Positions 33,558 to 34,243 of a stretch of DNA of 34,243 nucleotides are shown one piece after another. This DNA comes from a virus (lineage: Duplodnaviria; Caudoviricetes). The position numbers and the translations under genes are program-made. The stretch is from IMG/VR virus record IMGVR_UViG_3300042883_000524, positions 1 through 34,243 of that record; one strand, given 5' to 3'. Within the stretch, counting starts at the first letter, position 1. Each line of letters begins with the position of its first letter. Under the pieces are notes generated by a model, which saw nothing but the letters and a program-made list of their open reading frames with translations, was not told the origin of the DNA and did not search any database.

Positions 33558-34243
33558 AATTTCGATAGCCATTGTTTATAAATCTGTTCTGCTATTTTAC
33601 CTGTCATTAAAGGAGGTACACTCATTCCAATTAAATAATGTGGTTTTACATCTAAAAAATTATAGTCTAAAGGATAACTTCCCGCTTTTTGATTTTCAAT
33701 ATTATTTAAATATCTAGGTTCATCAAATAAAACATTACAATCTTTTGCTGTAATTGTATTCAATACTTTATGATTATAAATATAATTGTAAGAAAATAAC
33801 TTATCCTTACCTGTTTCTCTTTTTGTTGTACAAGAAAAATCTAAATCTCCAAACTTTCTTTGTTCCCATGTTAAAGGAATAGATTTACCTTTTAATGGTC
33901 TATCTATGTTACCTGAATAATCTCTTATCTCTTCAAAAATTATTTTTCTTTCGTTAAATTCTAATTCGATTTTTGGAAGTTCCGTAAACATATCTACACT
34001 TTCAAGAAATTTAGGTGCTAAATCTTTACGTAATGCAATAAAAAACACTCTTTCTCTGCGTTGTGGTACACCCATTTTAGATGCGTTCAATAGAAAGTGT
34101 TGACAAGTATAACCAGCTTCTTCAAATGCTTTATAAATTTCAATTACATACTTTTTAGCTTCACCTAATAATAAGCCTTTTACATTTTCAGCTACTACAA
34201 CTTTTGGTTGTAACTCTTTTGCCAGGTCTATGAAGTCAAAAAA
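33554..34243 (-). CDS. DNA (cytosine-5)-methyltransferase, C-terminal part (joins 1-502)
   Basis: Motif VIII GVPQRRERVFF; motifs IX/X GSYPLDY...IGMSVPP. Confidence 0.92.
   Translation of the reverse strand, partial: FFDFIDLAKELQPKVVVAENVKGLLLGEAKKYVIEIYKAFEEAGYTCQHFLLNASKMGVPQRRERVFFIALRKDLAPKFLESVDMFTELPKIELEFNERKIIFEEIRDYSGNIDRPLKGKSIPLTWEQRKFGDLDFSCTTKRETGKDKLFSYNYIYNHKVLNTITAKDCNVLFDEPRYLNNIENQKAGSYPLDYNFLDVKPHYLIGMSVPPLMTGKIAEQIYKQWLSKL
34117..34243. repeat. Terminal direct repeat, right copy
   Basis: Identical to 1-127. Confidence 0.97.

Overview
The window is an apparently complete, circularly permuted tailed-phage genome of 34,116 bp: the first 127 nt are repeated exactly at the end, and a C5 DNA methyltransferase runs in frame across the junction. 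It is AT-rich and every credible gene lies on the minus strand. The host is most likely Bacteroidota/Flavobacteriales, based on TAnnTTTG promoters, a lipoprotein with a CQKEE export-type signal and a DUF3127-like SSB. In transcription order the modules are: MTase, SNF2-like helicase and VRR-NUC; recombination genes; HNH, RlpA-like and MazG genes; RHH, SSB and an ECF-type sigma factor; TerS, GIY-YIG and TerL; tail genes; protease, fibre, scaffold and MCP; tail tube, portal and adaptor; LamG protein; lysis; a cluster of micro-ORFs; a metallophosphoesterase; an iteron array; a lipoprotein; and an SF3 helicase. I found no integrase, DNA polymerase, primase domain, tRNA or CRISPR array. The most notable signals are: (1) a phage ECF sigma plus seven copies of an ACAA-N14-AGTT motif, four of them exactly 8 nt before an ATG, suggesting a leaderless late regulon; (2) a T4-gpT-like TMD+GAF holin, suggesting possible lysis inhibition; (3) an attC-like site with a cassette-like unit; (4) a symmetric 4>2<2>4< iteron origin next to a kissing-loop attenuator; (5) a -1 frameshift tail chaperone with about 200 nt of dual coding; (6) a secreted RlpA-like lytic transglycosylase. 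All protein calls come from motif recognition by eye; no database search was run.
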